From the NCBI GenBank assembly GCA_965261395.1, contig OZ253462.1, positions 3,520,001 through 3,584,000 on the forward strand: a stretch of DNA of 64,000 nucleotides, in the 5' to 3' direction. Positions 10,451-20,853 of the stretch are shown here, one piece after another. The notes under the pieces were generated by a model. It did not search any database and was not told where the DNA came from. It worked only from the letters and a program-made list of their open reading frames with translations. This stretch comes from Candidatus Latescibacterota bacterium. GTDB taxonomy: Bacteria > Latescibacterota > UBA2968 > UBA8231. Position 1 is the first letter of the stretch, and each line of letters starts with the position of its first letter. The position numbers and the translations under genes were made by a program.

Positions 10451-11236
10451 CTATTGACGGTCAAAGCTCACCGCCTCATGGTCTTTCTTGACCTCCCACT
10501 TCTCCACCCTGCGGTTGAAGTCGAAACGGATATCGACCGTTTCTAGCGGCGTGTCGAACTGGTCGAATTTGAGGGCGAATTCTTTCAGTGCCAACCGCAC
10601 TTTCTCCACCGCCGGGTCGAGCGAATCAAAGGCGATTAGACCGCTGTAGCTCTCTCCCTTGAATATCGACTGATCCTCCGCATAGTTCAGACTGCGCACA
10701 TGCCCCATTCTGACTTCAAAGCGATAGAATTCATTGCCGCTCTGCCCGCGCAAGCCTCTGTAATACCGCTCGAAGCTATTGTAGGGCGACGTCGATGGCA
10801 TCCCATAGGAATGGAGTGTCTGGTCCTGATCCGTCAGGAGAATGGCTTTGAGGGGATAGAGTTGAACTTTGGCAAAAGTCTGGTTGAAAACACTCACCTT
10901 GAAGACCGTGAAGCGGTTGGGAGTATAACCCACATCCCGATCAATGTAGTCGCCGTAGGTATAGGGATTAGTCGAATACTCTCCTCTATCCGAATCTTCG
11001 GGAAGCAGGGCATTCAGCTCTGCATCCGTCATAAATTTGACGTCGATCCGCAATCCTTCTGACGCATATACAGAGCCATCGTTCTCCACTCTATAAGGAG
11101 CTTCATTGCCGCTCTTTGCCACGGGCACCAGATACGAGTTGTAGTGGATCTGCGGCGGAAAAATAATGCACCCCACCGCGATTTGGGCTGTACAAGCTAC
11201 CAATATCCACCTTGTCGCCTTGCCGGTGATTTGCAT
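10451..11236 (-). CDS. Hypothetical lipoprotein
   Basis: Lipobox IAVGC; beta-rich body; start ATG 11236 behind AAAGGGA. Confidence 0.65.
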   Translation of the reverse strand: MQITGKATRWILVACTAQIAVGCIIFPPQIHYNSYLVPVAKSGNEAPYRVENDGSVYASEGLRIDVKFMTDAELNALLPEDSDRGEYSTNPYTYGDYIDRDVGYTPNRFTVFKVSVFNQTFAKVQLYPLKAILLTDQDQTLHSYGMPSTSPYNSFERYYRGLRGQSGNEFYRFEVRMGHVRSLNYAEDQSIFKGESYSGLIAFDSLDPAVEKVRLALKEFALKFDQFDTPLETVDIRFDFNRRVEKWEVKKDHEAVSFDRQ

Positions 11237-11311
11237 ATTCATTCCCTTTCTGGTATGACTTACTTTTCCCCTCAACTTGCGCGAGCCCAGTCAATCCACG
11301 TACCCCGAGCA

Positions 11312-14300
11312 TCACAGCCTGGAGTTCACGATCCAGTCTCGATGCCCTTTGGCAAATCGATAGGCATCTTCGCTAGCTTTATCGTCCTCAAATAGAGCGA
11401 TCACTTTATCGTAGGTTTGCACTGCTTTTTGCCACTGGCGCAAAAACTCATAACATGTGCCCAAATTGCTTAGTGCGCCGATCTCCACCTCGGTGCCAGG
11501 ATATTTCTCCGTGAGAGCGATGAACAGCGGCACCACTTCGTCGAATTTCTGCCGCGCCTTCTCTTCCTCTCCCTCTTTGTCCAAGACCGCAGCCGCGCCA
11601 AATAGGGCCATAGTTCGTTCGTATTCTTCATAGGCTATCAGTTCCCGCACGTTTTCTACAACCTCGGGAACTTCTCTGGCGATATTGGCCTCGGGGTAGT
11701 CGGCCAGCACATGTTGATACTCGACCAGCGCTCTTGCGTAGTCTTCCTTGTTGAAGTAATAATCGCCTAGCGTGAAGCGGGCATCTGCCGCAAACTCACT
11801 ATTGGGAAAGGTTGCGAGCAGACGTTGAAAAGTCCGAATGAATTTTTCATTGTCCTTTAGTTCGTAGAACGCCCAAGCCGTGTTATAGAGTGCATCATCG
11901 CTAAACGACGACGCTAGATAATCATCTAATAGACGCTGGTAGAGCGCGATCGTCTCGTCAAATTTTCTCAAGTTGAATGCACTCTCAGATGCACGCATCA
12001 GCGCTTCGGCCGCCACGTCGGCGTGCGGATATTTTTCCACCAGCTGCTCGAAAACCTCTGCAGACCGCTCGAATTCCCTCAGGTTGAAATACGCGTAGCC
12101 AAGATAGTAGTACGCGTACCCAATGTTGGTTGAGTCGGGGAAACGCGCGACAAAGGCGCTCAATACTTCCGCTGATTCGTCGAACTTTTCGCTCTGAAAG
12201 TAAAGCGTGCCCAGAGCATAGGCCATATCGACGGAATAGTAAGAGTTCGGATAGCGCTTGAGCCCTTCGCTATACGTCGATATCACTTCCTCGTATTGCC
12301 CCTTGTGCTGCTGGCTCTCACCAATGAGGTAATAGACCTGCTCCTTCAACCAGTAATCTCTATCTCCTTTGCTGTCCGCTAGGTCCATCGCCAGAATTTT
12401 TCGGCCCGTGGCGATGGCTGTATCATACTGCTCCAATTCGAGATAGAGCGTCAGCATAAGCACCAGGTACTCTGCCTGTTCAACTGGATCTTCGGCAGCA
12501 GTGGCCAATCGCCGGTAGCTCTCGAGCGCCTCTTCCTGTCTGTTTAAGCGGAGATAAGCTAATCCCAACATCTTCTGGGCCGGACTTTTGATCCTCTCGT
12601 CGGCAGAATCCACCAGCACTCGCAGATCTTCCGCTGCTTGGGCGTATCGCTCCAGACGCGAGTAGCTCGTCCCCCTGTCGTACTGTGCGATCTCCTTCAA
12701 CTTGGGGTTGCCCGTACTATTGATGGCCTGCGTAAATTGGGCCACCGCACGCTCGTATTCCTCTTTTCCCACCCATGCCTTGCCCATCAAGTAGTGGTAT
12801 TGAGCACGCTCTTCCTCGCTGCCGGCTCTAGTCATGCCCCGCGCGAGAATCCCCAAAGCTCGGTCGAGTTGCTGGATACCTAGGTATATACGCCCTGCTT
12901 CGACGCACGCCAGTGAGAACTGTGGTGCCGTCTCCCGCACCTGCAAAAAGACCTCCGTCGCCCTCTCGCCTTCGCCTTTTTTATTGAGAGCCAATCCCCG
13001 TTCAAAGTGGGCGATATCCAACTGAGTGGAATCATCCGTCACCGCGATAATCTCATCGTAGAAGGCCGCCGCCCTATCGTATAGCTCCTGGTTGTAGAGC
13101 ATCCGTGCCAGTTGGAATTGTGAACTCCTGGCATAAGTGCCATCGCGATTGTCCGCGATGATCTGCCGGTAGATCTCCTCGGCCTCGCGCTGCGCTGCTT
13201 GCTCGCCAATCCTCTGTTTGGCGAGAGCGACATTGAATCTGGTCGCGGTGACAAAATTAGGATCGGGATACTGCTCCAAGACCGTGTCATAGGCCTGCAC
13301 GGCTGCCGCATAGGCCTCGCGGGCCTCTACTGCCTCTCCCTGCTGTGCCAATTTTTCGGCTTTAGAGTAGTAGGCGCGACCAATTTCGAACCAGGAATTA
13401 CCTAGGGAGTAGCCGGCTCGGGGGGCGATTTCGCCATAGGCTTTCGCATATACATTGTATTCGCGAATCGCATCGTCAAAATAGTCTGCTCCCCATTCTT
13501 CGCTCGCTTTGGTGTAGCGTTGAGCTAGCTGGAACTGCATTCGCGCCTTAAATGTGTTGTTGGGTATTTGGACGATGGCCTCGCGGTACGTATCAACACA
13601 GCGGGCGAAAAGCCGGTTTTCAAAGTACATATCCGCTAGGCTCTGATAAGCCTTCTCAACCAGTCTCCGCTCTTGGGCAAACACCGTGATGACGGAGCGA
13701 TAGGATCGCTCTGCCTGTGCAAAATCCTCTAACTGGCCGTAGCAGTCTCCGATCCGGATCTGGGCCTTTGCGGTCAACTCATACTCGGTTTCGTCCACCA
13801 ACCCGGCCACTTTCTCGAACTGCATCTTCTGAATTTCTTGGTCGCTTAACGCGCCGATGTTTAACTGGTCCACTAATTGTTGATAGTAGGGGATCGCCTT
13901 GCGGTACTGTCCCTGATCGTAATAGCATTCACCGATCTGGAAAAAGGCCCGGCTGACCTGGAAACCGGATTTGAAACGCTCCGTCAGTTCGGTAAAGGCT
14001 TCGATGCTATTGGTGTATTCCCTCAGTTCGTAGTAGGACCATCCTATATTATAAAAAGCCTCCACTACATACGGGTTATCGGGATATTTCTCAATAAATT
14101 TCTGTCCCGCGCGGATGACCTCCCGGTAGTGCCGCGCGCGGTACCAACAGGCCGTAATCCTGCTTTGCGCTAGCACCCGCAAATTCTCGGACTTAGCATT
14201 TTCTTCTACTCTGGAGAAATGGCTCACCGCCTTTGCCAAATATTCCTCCGCCCTGCTCTTCCGCTGCTCCTGTTCCTCTTTGTTCGACTCGTCCTTCGAG

Positions 14301-14599
14301 GCAAGAAATTCTTCCTCGAACATCTTGAAATACGCATTGCCCATCTGGTAGATCGCCGCGTCTTTCACTGCAGTTTCCACTTTTCCAACCACGACGACGA
14401 TGTCGCTGTCTGCTAGCAACATACTGCGAACACCGCTGATATCTTCGAACTTATCGATGGCCTGATCGTAAGCACCTTCGGAATAGAAACTCTGACCCGC
14501 TTGGAAGGTGGAGAGCATGTACTCTCTAGTGGGCACATTTTTCGCCAAGAGGGCAATGCCCAAGGTCATAGCTACAATCGCCAATCCCAGCAAATTCAT
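11312..14599 (-). CDS. Very large periplasmic TPR protein (BamD/CpoB-type repeats)
   Basis: Signal peptide followed by more than 20 TPR-like units, many ending in YP/FP-x-S (KYPDNP, RYPNSY, RFPDST, TFPNSE). Confidence 0.88.
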   Translation of the reverse strand: MNLLGLAIVAMTLGIALLAKNVPTREYMLSTFQAGQSFYSEGAYDQAIDKFEDISGVRSMLLADSDIVVVVGKVETAVKDAAIYQMGNAYFKMFEEEFLASKDESNKEEQEQRKSRAEEYLAKAVSHFSRVEENAKSENLRVLAQSRITACWYRARHYREVIRAGQKFIEKYPDNPYVVEAFYNIGWSYYELREYTNSIEAFTELTERFKSGFQVSRAFFQIGECYYDQGQYRKAIPYYQQLVDQLNIGALSDQEIQKMQFEKVAGLVDETEYELTAKAQIRIGDCYGQLEDFAQAERSYRSVITVFAQERRLVEKAYQSLADMYFENRLFARCVDTYREAIVQIPNNTFKARMQFQLAQRYTKASEEWGADYFDDAIREYNVYAKAYGEIAPRAGYSLGNSWFEIGRAYYSKAEKLAQQGEAVEAREAYAAAVQAYDTVLEQYPDPNFVTATRFNVALAKQRIGEQAAQREAEEIYRQIIADNRDGTYARSSQFQLARMLYNQELYDRAAAFYDEIIAVTDDSTQLDIAHFERGLALNKKGEGERATEVFLQVRETAPQFSLACVEAGRIYLGIQQLDRALGILARGMTRAGSEEERAQYHYLMGKAWVGKEEYERAVAQFTQAINSTGNPKLKEIAQYDRGTSYSRLERYAQAAEDLRVLVDSADERIKSPAQKMLGLAYLRLNRQEEALESYRRLATAAEDPVEQAEYLVLMLTLYLELEQYDTAIATGRKILAMDLADSKGDRDYWLKEQVYYLIGESQQHKGQYEEVISTYSEGLKRYPNSYYSVDMAYALGTLYFQSEKFDESAEVLSAFVARFPDSTNIGYAYYYLGYAYFNLREFERSAEVFEQLVEKYPHADVAAEALMRASESAFNLRKFDETIALYQRLLDDYLASSFSDDALYNTAWAFYELKDNEKFIRTFQRLLATFPNSEFAADARFTLGDYYFNKEDYARALVEYQHVLADYPEANIAREVPEVVENVRELIAYEEYERTMALFGAAAVLDKEGEEEKARQKFDEVVPLFIALTEKYPGTEVEIGALSNLGTCYEFLRQWQKAVQTYDKVIALFEDDKASEDAYRFAKGHRDWIVNSRL

Positions 14600-14633
14600 C
14601 AGTTCTCTCCTCTTTTCAAGCCTTGCAAAGAAA

Positions 14634-15914
14634 TCAAAGGCGCTGCGTGCTCTGCAGCGCTTCTTTGAGTCCCCGTCGGGCTTCCCCCAAGCCCGGTCGC
14701 AGTGTCAGGGCCTTCCTGTACGCGGTGATCGCCCGCTCATACTGACCGTATTTTTCGTGTATGCGCCCCAATTTGCAGTGCGCTGCCGCATCGCCGGGCA
14801 TGTAGAGCAGAATTTTGCCGATGTGCTCTTGCTCTTTGTTGTACTGGCTCATCTTCTCAAACAAGTCCATCTCGCGCTGGGCTTCTGCTCTCATTCCCAA
14901 TTTCATATAGGCCCGGCCCAAATTGTAGTGGGCATCGGCGTACTGGGAATCTAGGAAGATCGCCTTCTCGTAATAGGCCACAGCCTCTCGGTAGCGATTT
15001 TCCCTAGCCAGAAGCAACCCGATGCGGTAATGGGACTGCCGGTGGGATGGGGCGAGGGCGAGCACTTTCTCGTACTGTGCCATCGCCTGCTGCTCCTGCT
15101 GCATGCCCTCGTAGGTCAAGCCGAGGTGATAGTGGATATCGGGATTATCCCGCTTGCCCTGGAGCGCCTTGCTGTAATAGTCGAGCGCCACTTCATACTG
15201 GCCTTCTTCAGCATAGACGAGTCCGAGATTGTAGTAGGCTCTGCTCTGATGGGGATTCAACTGGAGCGAAATCTCGTACTCCGCAATAGCCTCCCTCGGC
15301 TTGCCCAAGGCGATGTAGGTAAGTGCTAGGTTGTTGTGAGCTTGGAACAGGTCCCGTCTGAGCTGGACGGCCTTCCGGTACTCTTCCACCGCCTTGCTGT
15401 ACTGGCCGATCTGCGCGTAGAAGGCACCCAGATTGTAGTGCATCACGGCGGAGTTCGGGTCCAAAGAGAGAGCCTGTCTGTATATGGCTTCTGCCTTCTC
15501 CGTCCTATCGCTCTCCGAGTAGATGATCCCCAGATTGTTGTAGGTATCCACCACGGTCCGATCTAGGGCAAGAGCCTGCAGGAGGTAATACTCTGCCCGG
15601 GCCAAATCTCCCGTGGCTCTGTAGGCCATGCCCATACCGTTGTAGGCATAGACAAAGTCTGGATCACGGTCAATCGCCTTTTTATAGTAGTCAATTGCAC
15701 GGCCCACCTGACCGACGTTTAAGTGGGCATTCCCCTGCTCGAATAATGCCTTGGCTGCGGACCGATCTCCCGGGGATGCAGAGGCGAAAAAATACAAACA
15801 GATCACTCCGATGAGGCCAGCACACGCCATTCCAATACCAAGCCATCTGATCCGGGCTGTGCTCTTTCCCGACACCGGACCTTCTCCCCTTCGCCGATCT
15901 CTACTCTGGCGCAA
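14634..15914 (-). CDS. Membrane-anchored TPR protein
   Basis: N-terminal TM, then about 10 canonical TPRs (AYNGMG, TYNNLG, MHYNLG, AHNNLA, AYYNLG). Confidence 0.9.
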   Translation of the reverse strand: MRQSRDRRRGEGPVSGKSTARIRWLGIGMACAGLIGVICLYFFASASPGDRSAAKALFEQGNAHLNVGQVGRAIDYYKKAIDRDPDFVYAYNGMGMAYRATGDLARAEYYLLQALALDRTVVDTYNNLGIIYSESDRTEKAEAIYRQALSLDPNSAVMHYNLGAFYAQIGQYSKAVEEYRKAVQLRRDLFQAHNNLALTYIALGKPREAIAEYEISLQLNPHQSRAYYNLGLVYAEEGQYEVALDYYSKALQGKRDNPDIHYHLGLTYEGMQQEQQAMAQYEKVLALAPSHRQSHYRIGLLLARENRYREAVAYYEKAIFLDSQYADAHYNLGRAYMKLGMRAEAQREMDLFEKMSQYNKEQEHIGKILLYMPGDAAAHCKLGRIHEKYGQYERAITAYRKALTLRPGLGEARRGLKEALQSTQRL

Positions 15915-16866
15915 ATAGTCTCTCCGCCGTAAGGGATTCGGCCAACTCGGAACTCGCCCGATTTAGCTGATTTACAAAGGACGAATCGAGTGTGAACACA
16001 GGAGCCCTTGACAGATCTCTGGCGTAGTAGCTTCCCTCCTGCTCAAATCCGACCCACAAACTATGGACCTCATCCTCTCCCACCGAGACTTCGACGCGTA
16101 GCACAGGCGGATCCAAGCCGTATGACCCCAAGCTATTGGGTACATCGTCGACAAATTCTCCGACGGGTGAGGCCAAGCCCCGTAGAACGGATTCTATCGC
16201 TTCTCCATCTCCTCTCGCCTCTGTCGGGAGCGTCATCTGCCACTCCTCGCCGCGCTTTGTTACTTCGACGGTGTCCCCCTGACTTTCGATTCTCAATTTC
16301 GTCGCCAGCGCCCTCTTGAATTTGAGCGTAGTCTTATTCCTCAGTTCGCTCCATTGCTTGTCTACTCCGGTGCGACGGTACAATTCGACCATACCGATGC
16401 GGTCCTCAGAATCCTTCTTGACATAGACATATCGTCCAGAGGGGTTCTCATCCCCGAACAGGATCGTGTCTAGAAGGCGTCCTCTGACGTGCAGACTCAC
16501 TTTCACGTGCGGAAAATCTAGGCCGTACTTTTTGAGTGCCTGTTCTGTCGATTCATTGTCCAAGACGAGAAACCGCGTCAGTCGTGCCCGCTCGAGATTA
16601 GCCAGGACAGCATGTATGGCCCCCCGATGTGCATCAACCGTTATGGGTTCGATGAGCTGCCAATCTTCCCCGATCTTGCGGCACACCACTCTACCGCTCG
16701 CATTCTCTATGCGAAGTTCGTCCACCTCATCCTTGTCAAAGGTCAGCAATTTCCTAGAATGATACTCTGCTCCCTCTTTTTCGTCTTCCTTTCTGTCGAC
16801 ATAGAGCACTACGAGAAAAAGGGCAGCAAAAAATAGGCTTATCAGAATGACTGTTTTCAGCTTCAT
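15901..16866 (-). CDS. DUF4340 domain protein
   Basis: N-terminal TM and two repeats of W-x-[LM]-x-x-P...A...YGLDxP. Confidence 0.8.
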   Translation of the reverse strand: MKLKTVILISLFFAALFLVVLYVDRKEDEKEGAEYHSRKLLTFDKDEVDELRIENASGRVVCRKIGEDWQLIEPITVDAHRGAIHAVLANLERARLTRFLVLDNESTEQALKKYGLDFPHVKVSLHVRGRLLDTILFGDENPSGRYVYVKKDSEDRIGMVELYRRTGVDKQWSELRNKTTLKFKRALATKLRIESQGDTVEVTKRGEEWQMTLPTEARGDGEAIESVLRGLASPVGEFVDDVPNSLGSYGLDPPVLRVEVSVGEDEVHSLWVGFEQEGSYYARDLSRAPVFTLDSSFVNQLNRASSELAESLTAERLFAPE

Positions 16867-17005
16867 TATCGCTCTTGCGTTATGAGTTTATCTTTGTCGT
16901 GTTGTCGCTGTTTACACTGCCCTGTCAGGGTCTAAAGTATCCGAACTACTGAGATTGGAGCAGGGGCACCTGTGGGAACACTGGTGGCTAATTTGAGGCG
17001 TTCTT

Positions 17006-17034
17006 ATTATAACGCAACAACTTGGCTCAGTAAA
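17006..17034 (-). promoter_or_regulatory. Sigma70-like promoter for the DUF4340/TPR operon
   Basis: Minus strand TTTACT-N17-TATAAT, about 140 nt upstream of the 16866 start. Confidence 0.6.
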
Positions 17035-17120
17035 CTATTTTTTGTGCGTAATTCAGGTTAGAATTGGGATGTCCTAAAGCCGCTTAGATGGCCAAAGTCG
17101 AGTCAGAGGAGTGTTCAAAT

Positions 17121-19247
17121 ATGCCGCTAGATAGAAGTCTCCGTTTTGCGTTCGATGCCGCCGCGCTCGAAGCGCGAGGCCAGTTCGACCAACTCCAGTA
17201 CTGCGAGTTGAAAAAGGCTATCGTCCTCAGTGATATGCTCCTCGTCGAAGACGATGCGCCGGCCATCGGCTGCCCCCAAGGCGCTGAGGACCGGTCGTGG
17301 TTCGAGAAATTGCAAGAAGGAGTGATGATCCGCAAAGATCTGGTCCTCGATGATCCTCGCGCCCTAGCCGCCTACCTGATCTTCAACGGACGGGAAATGG
17401 ACGACAATGACCATGCACTCCACATCTGTGTCAACGGTCACTACCTGATCCGACCCCCGAGCAAGATCGCCCACCCCTGTGCTCGCCACTACTACACCAG
17501 CGACTGGGGAGGCTCGCACTTCGACAACTGGTTCGCGGTGGCCGTGCCAGTAGGTGCCCTGCGGCAGGGCACCAATGAGTTCGTCCTGTGGGCCGAATCG
17601 GAGGAGACCAGTTGGGAAATTATGGTGGCCGCCGATGGAGAATATAAGCGTGGCTCTGAAACGCGGCTCTGCCACCCTAACCGCAGCGCCAAGAGCCGAG
17701 ACGGAGGCCGTACCTGGGATTTTGAGCACTTGGGCTGGAAAGATGAAATCGACGGGGAGTACACCATCCGCCTCAGTCTAGATCGCAGCGTAGCGCAGGG
17801 CACCTTTGTCTCGTCGGTGATCGACCTGGCTACAGGAGGGGAGACCAAAAGAATCGAGAGATTGCTCGACGTGGAAGAGTGCCGGGTAGGATGGGAGGTG
17901 GACATACCCGAGGGAAGTCAGGTAGAAATAGAGGTACGTCTGGGCGATAATCCAGTGCCTACAGCCGCCTCATGGTCTCCTTTCGAGTCCGTAGCAAATT
18001 TCTCCAAGACATGGTCTGCTCCCGCCGGACGCTACCTGCAGTTCAAGATTGTCATGCACACTCACAATCCGCTGGTGACGCCGGTGTTCAAAGGCATTTC
18101 TGTGGAAGCGAAGTACCGCGAGCACAAGCACCGCTCCAATAGATTTTATCGCCTTCTCCAATTCCGCAACGGCTGCGTCATCCGCCCATCCCTACCCTAT
18201 GTCCACGAAGATTTCGCCCGCTTAAACGAACTGCGCCACCGCTTTGAACTGGACGCGATGGTCTCAGACGCAGCGACTGAGTTCGAAGCCCAACTGCAAC
18301 TCATGCACTGGGCCTACAAAGTACCGCTCGGTCGCCTAGATGCCTACCAATGGAATTACTTTGATCTGCCTCGCCTCGATAGGGATGCGAGTGGACGCCC
18401 TCGCCTGCTAGGGGACTACCAGAATCGCCGGCGCGATGGCCACTGCCTCTACTGCAACCTGACCCTAATTGCCGCCTGTCTGGCCATGGGCTTTCCGGCC
18501 CGTTGGGTCAACATCTCCACTAAGCACACCTATGGGCACGAGGTGGCCGAAGTATGGTCTAACGAGTTCGACAAGTGGATATTCCTGGATGCGACGCGCG
18601 ATTACTACATTTACGACCCCGACACGGGTATTCCCCTGAGCCTAGTGGAAATCAGCGAGCGCTTGGCCGAAATCATGCCGGGACCGGCGACTTGGGAATA
18701 TCCCATCCAATGGCACCTGCCGGACCTCGAAATGCTCCGTGCCGCTCGCGTTGCCTACCGCCAAGGCGACAGTGCTTTTTCGATTGACGACCTGAGCGGA
18801 GGACCGGAGCACTTGATACTCAAAGGACACTTGCAACTAGTGCGGCGCAACGATTTTGCCAGCCGGCCTTGGCCGCTACCGTGGCGCCTCTCCAGCAACT
18901 GGGGAAGCGATCTCTTCTATTGTTTCTACAGCGATATGTTCCCCCGCAAACGCGAATACCACCAACACACCAAGCGCTGGCAGGATTTCAGTCCTCCGCT
19001 CAACCAGACGGAACTCTTCTTAAGCGAAACCGCCCAACCAGATGTCCTGCGCGTGGATGTGGATACCGAGACGCCCTGCTTTGACGCATTTCTAGTGCAG
19101 ATTGACAAAGCCGCATGGAGCGAACAAACAGACCCCTCGCTGGAGTGGAGACTGCACGAAGGCCTGAACCAACTGCGGCTCAAGGTGCGCAACAGCGCGG
19201 GGGTTTGCGGCCCGGAGAGCCATGCGGCGGTAGTGATGAACACTTGA
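17121..19247 (+). CDS. Multidomain transglutaminase-like protein
   Basis: Cys-His-Asp triad motifs GHCLYCN / GHEVAEVW / WIFLDAT; start ATG 17121 behind GAGGAG (ORF track starts at 17088). Confidence 0.8.
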   Translation: MPLDRSLRFAFDAAALEARGQFDQLQYCELKKAIVLSDMLLVEDDAPAIGCPQGAEDRSWFEKLQEGVMIRKDLVLDDPRALAAYLIFNGREMDDNDHALHICVNGHYLIRPPSKIAHPCARHYYTSDWGGSHFDNWFAVAVPVGALRQGTNEFVLWAESEETSWEIMVAADGEYKRGSETRLCHPNRSAKSRDGGRTWDFEHLGWKDEIDGEYTIRLSLDRSVAQGTFVSSVIDLATGGETKRIERLLDVEECRVGWEVDIPEGSQVEIEVRLGDNPVPTAASWSPFESVANFSKTWSAPAGRYLQFKIVMHTHNPLVTPVFKGISVEAKYREHKHRSNRFYRLLQFRNGCVIRPSLPYVHEDFARLNELRHRFELDAMVSDAATEFEAQLQLMHWAYKVPLGRLDAYQWNYFDLPRLDRDASGRPRLLGDYQNRRRDGHCLYCNLTLIAACLAMGFPARWVNISTKHTYGHEVAEVWSNEFDKWIFLDATRDYYIYDPDTGIPLSLVEISERLAEIMPGPATWEYPIQWHLPDLEMLRAARVAYRQGDSAFSIDDLSGGPEHLILKGHLQLVRRNDFASRPWPLPWRLSSNWGSDLFYCFYSDMFPRKREYHQHTKRWQDFSPPLNQTELFLSETAQPDVLRVDVDTETPCFDAFLVQIDKAAWSEQTDPSLEWRLHEGLNQLRLKVRNSAGVCGPESHAAVVMNT

Positions 19248-19276
19248 TTGGCTGCTAACGCGGGTCAACAAACAAA

Positions 19277-20773
19277 TCAGCCCTTCAGCCGGTCAAAGAG
19301 TGCTGCGACTTCTCGCTCTTTCTCCGCTGAGCGCTTGCTCACGAATCCTTCCGCAAAGTAGATCAGGAAGCTGACGACCAACTCGGCACCCAGATTGATG
19401 GTAAAATTATCGGGATAAATCGAATTGAAGAGAGCGTAGGTCAGCAAACCGCCGATCAGGGAGAGAATGGCACCTCGGGCTGTGGTCCGTCTCCAGATTA
19501 GGCCGAACATGAGTGGGATGGCCACTGGGGGTAGAACGGCGCTGAACATTTTGATGGTCTTTTCAAAGACCTTGCCGATCCCCTCGCTTTCGGCGACCCA
19601 GATAGCCGTGATCAGCACCGCCATCCCAAAGGCAACCGTGGCGATCATCCCGGTTCTGAAGAGTGTTTGGCCGCTCGCTTGGCGGTTGAAGTTGCGCTGG
19701 TAGATATCTTTGGTGAAGACCGCGGCCAGTGAATTGATATCGCTGTCGATCATGGACATCGTCGCCGCGAACATCGAACAAATGAGTAACCCAATCAGCC
19801 CTGGAGCTAGATCGGTCAGCACCTGACGAGCTAAGAGGACATAGGTCTGGTCCGGGTCGAACCCTTCGCGCGGCAACAATGAATTGGGGTCGAAATACTC
19901 CGGCATCATCAGCGGTGCTGCCCAAGCCGGCACGAAGATTACAATCGGATACAGAAGGTACAAAAAACCAGAAAGCAGGGCCGCCTTCTGTGTATCCTTC
20001 GATTGCCCTACTGAGATGAAGCGCTGCGCCAATCCCCAAGTACCACCGCTGTAGCTGAGTATCGTGACGATCAACAGAACCAGCCAGAAATCAAACCCAA
20101 TACCCGCTTCTGCATTGAACAGCACCGCACGCTCCGCCGGCAACTGATCCCACAGCGAATCCCACCCACCGACGTATTCGAGCACTATGATCATGACGAG
20201 GATGCTGAGGACGAATTGGATGAAAAACTGAAGCACATCGGTCAGGACCGTAGCCCACAAACCGCCGACCAGAACATACACAATGGTGACTAGACCACCC
20301 ACGGCGATAATGTGCAGCAAATCCCAACCGGTACAAATCTGGACCACGATCGAGATGGCGTAGAGCTTAATCCCGAGATCGACGAATTTAACTCCAATCC
20401 CTGCTAGGGCTACCAGTAGCCGCACAGAGTTGTCGTAGCGTGCCTCCAAGTATTCTACGGGGGTTAAAACTTTGAGGCGGGACCATCTCGGTGCCCAGGC
20501 TAGGGCAGCGATCATCATGGCGATAAAACACGAGAGCGAAAACAGGGTCCACATGCTGAACCCGGCACTGCTGGCACGGCCGGCAAAGCCGACAAAGAGT
20601 ACCGCGCTGTAGCCTGAAACATGGTGTGATATCGCCGCCATCCACCAAGGCAGGCGATGGCCGGCAGCAAAGTACTCATCGACATTGGCCGCCTTCTTCC
20701 GCGCCACCAGACCCATCCAAGTCATCACAACGACATAGATGGCGATGACAGCGCTATCAGTAGCAGTCAGCAC
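19277..20773 (-). CDS. Sodium:solute symporter (SSS family)
   Basis: EYFAAGHRLPWW, EYLEARY, GGLWATVLTD, AATMSMIDSDINS; about 13 TMs. Confidence 0.93.
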   Translation of the reverse strand: MLTATDSAVIAIYVVVMTWMGLVARKKAANVDEYFAAGHRLPWWMAAISHHVSGYSAVLFVGFAGRASSAGFSMWTLFSLSCFIAMMIAALAWAPRWSRLKVLTPVEYLEARYDNSVRLLVALAGIGVKFVDLGIKLYAISIVVQICTGWDLLHIIAVGGLVTIVYVLVGGLWATVLTDVLQFFIQFVLSILVMIIVLEYVGGWDSLWDQLPAERAVLFNAEAGIGFDFWLVLLIVTILSYSGGTWGLAQRFISVGQSKDTQKAALLSGFLYLLYPIVIFVPAWAAPLMMPEYFDPNSLLPREGFDPDQTYVLLARQVLTDLAPGLIGLLICSMFAATMSMIDSDINSLAAVFTKDIYQRNFNRQASGQTLFRTGMIATVAFGMAVLITAIWVAESEGIGKVFEKTIKMFSAVLPPVAIPLMFGLIWRRTTARGAILSLIGGLLTYALFNSIYPDNFTINLGAELVVSFLIYFAEGFVSKRSAEKEREVAALFDRLKG

Positions 20774-20853
20774 AATACACCCTCTTTTGCCCTTCCCAAG
20801 TCTTGCAACCGAGAATCCGGCTTACACAGCAGAAATAGGTTTTAAGCAGAAAT

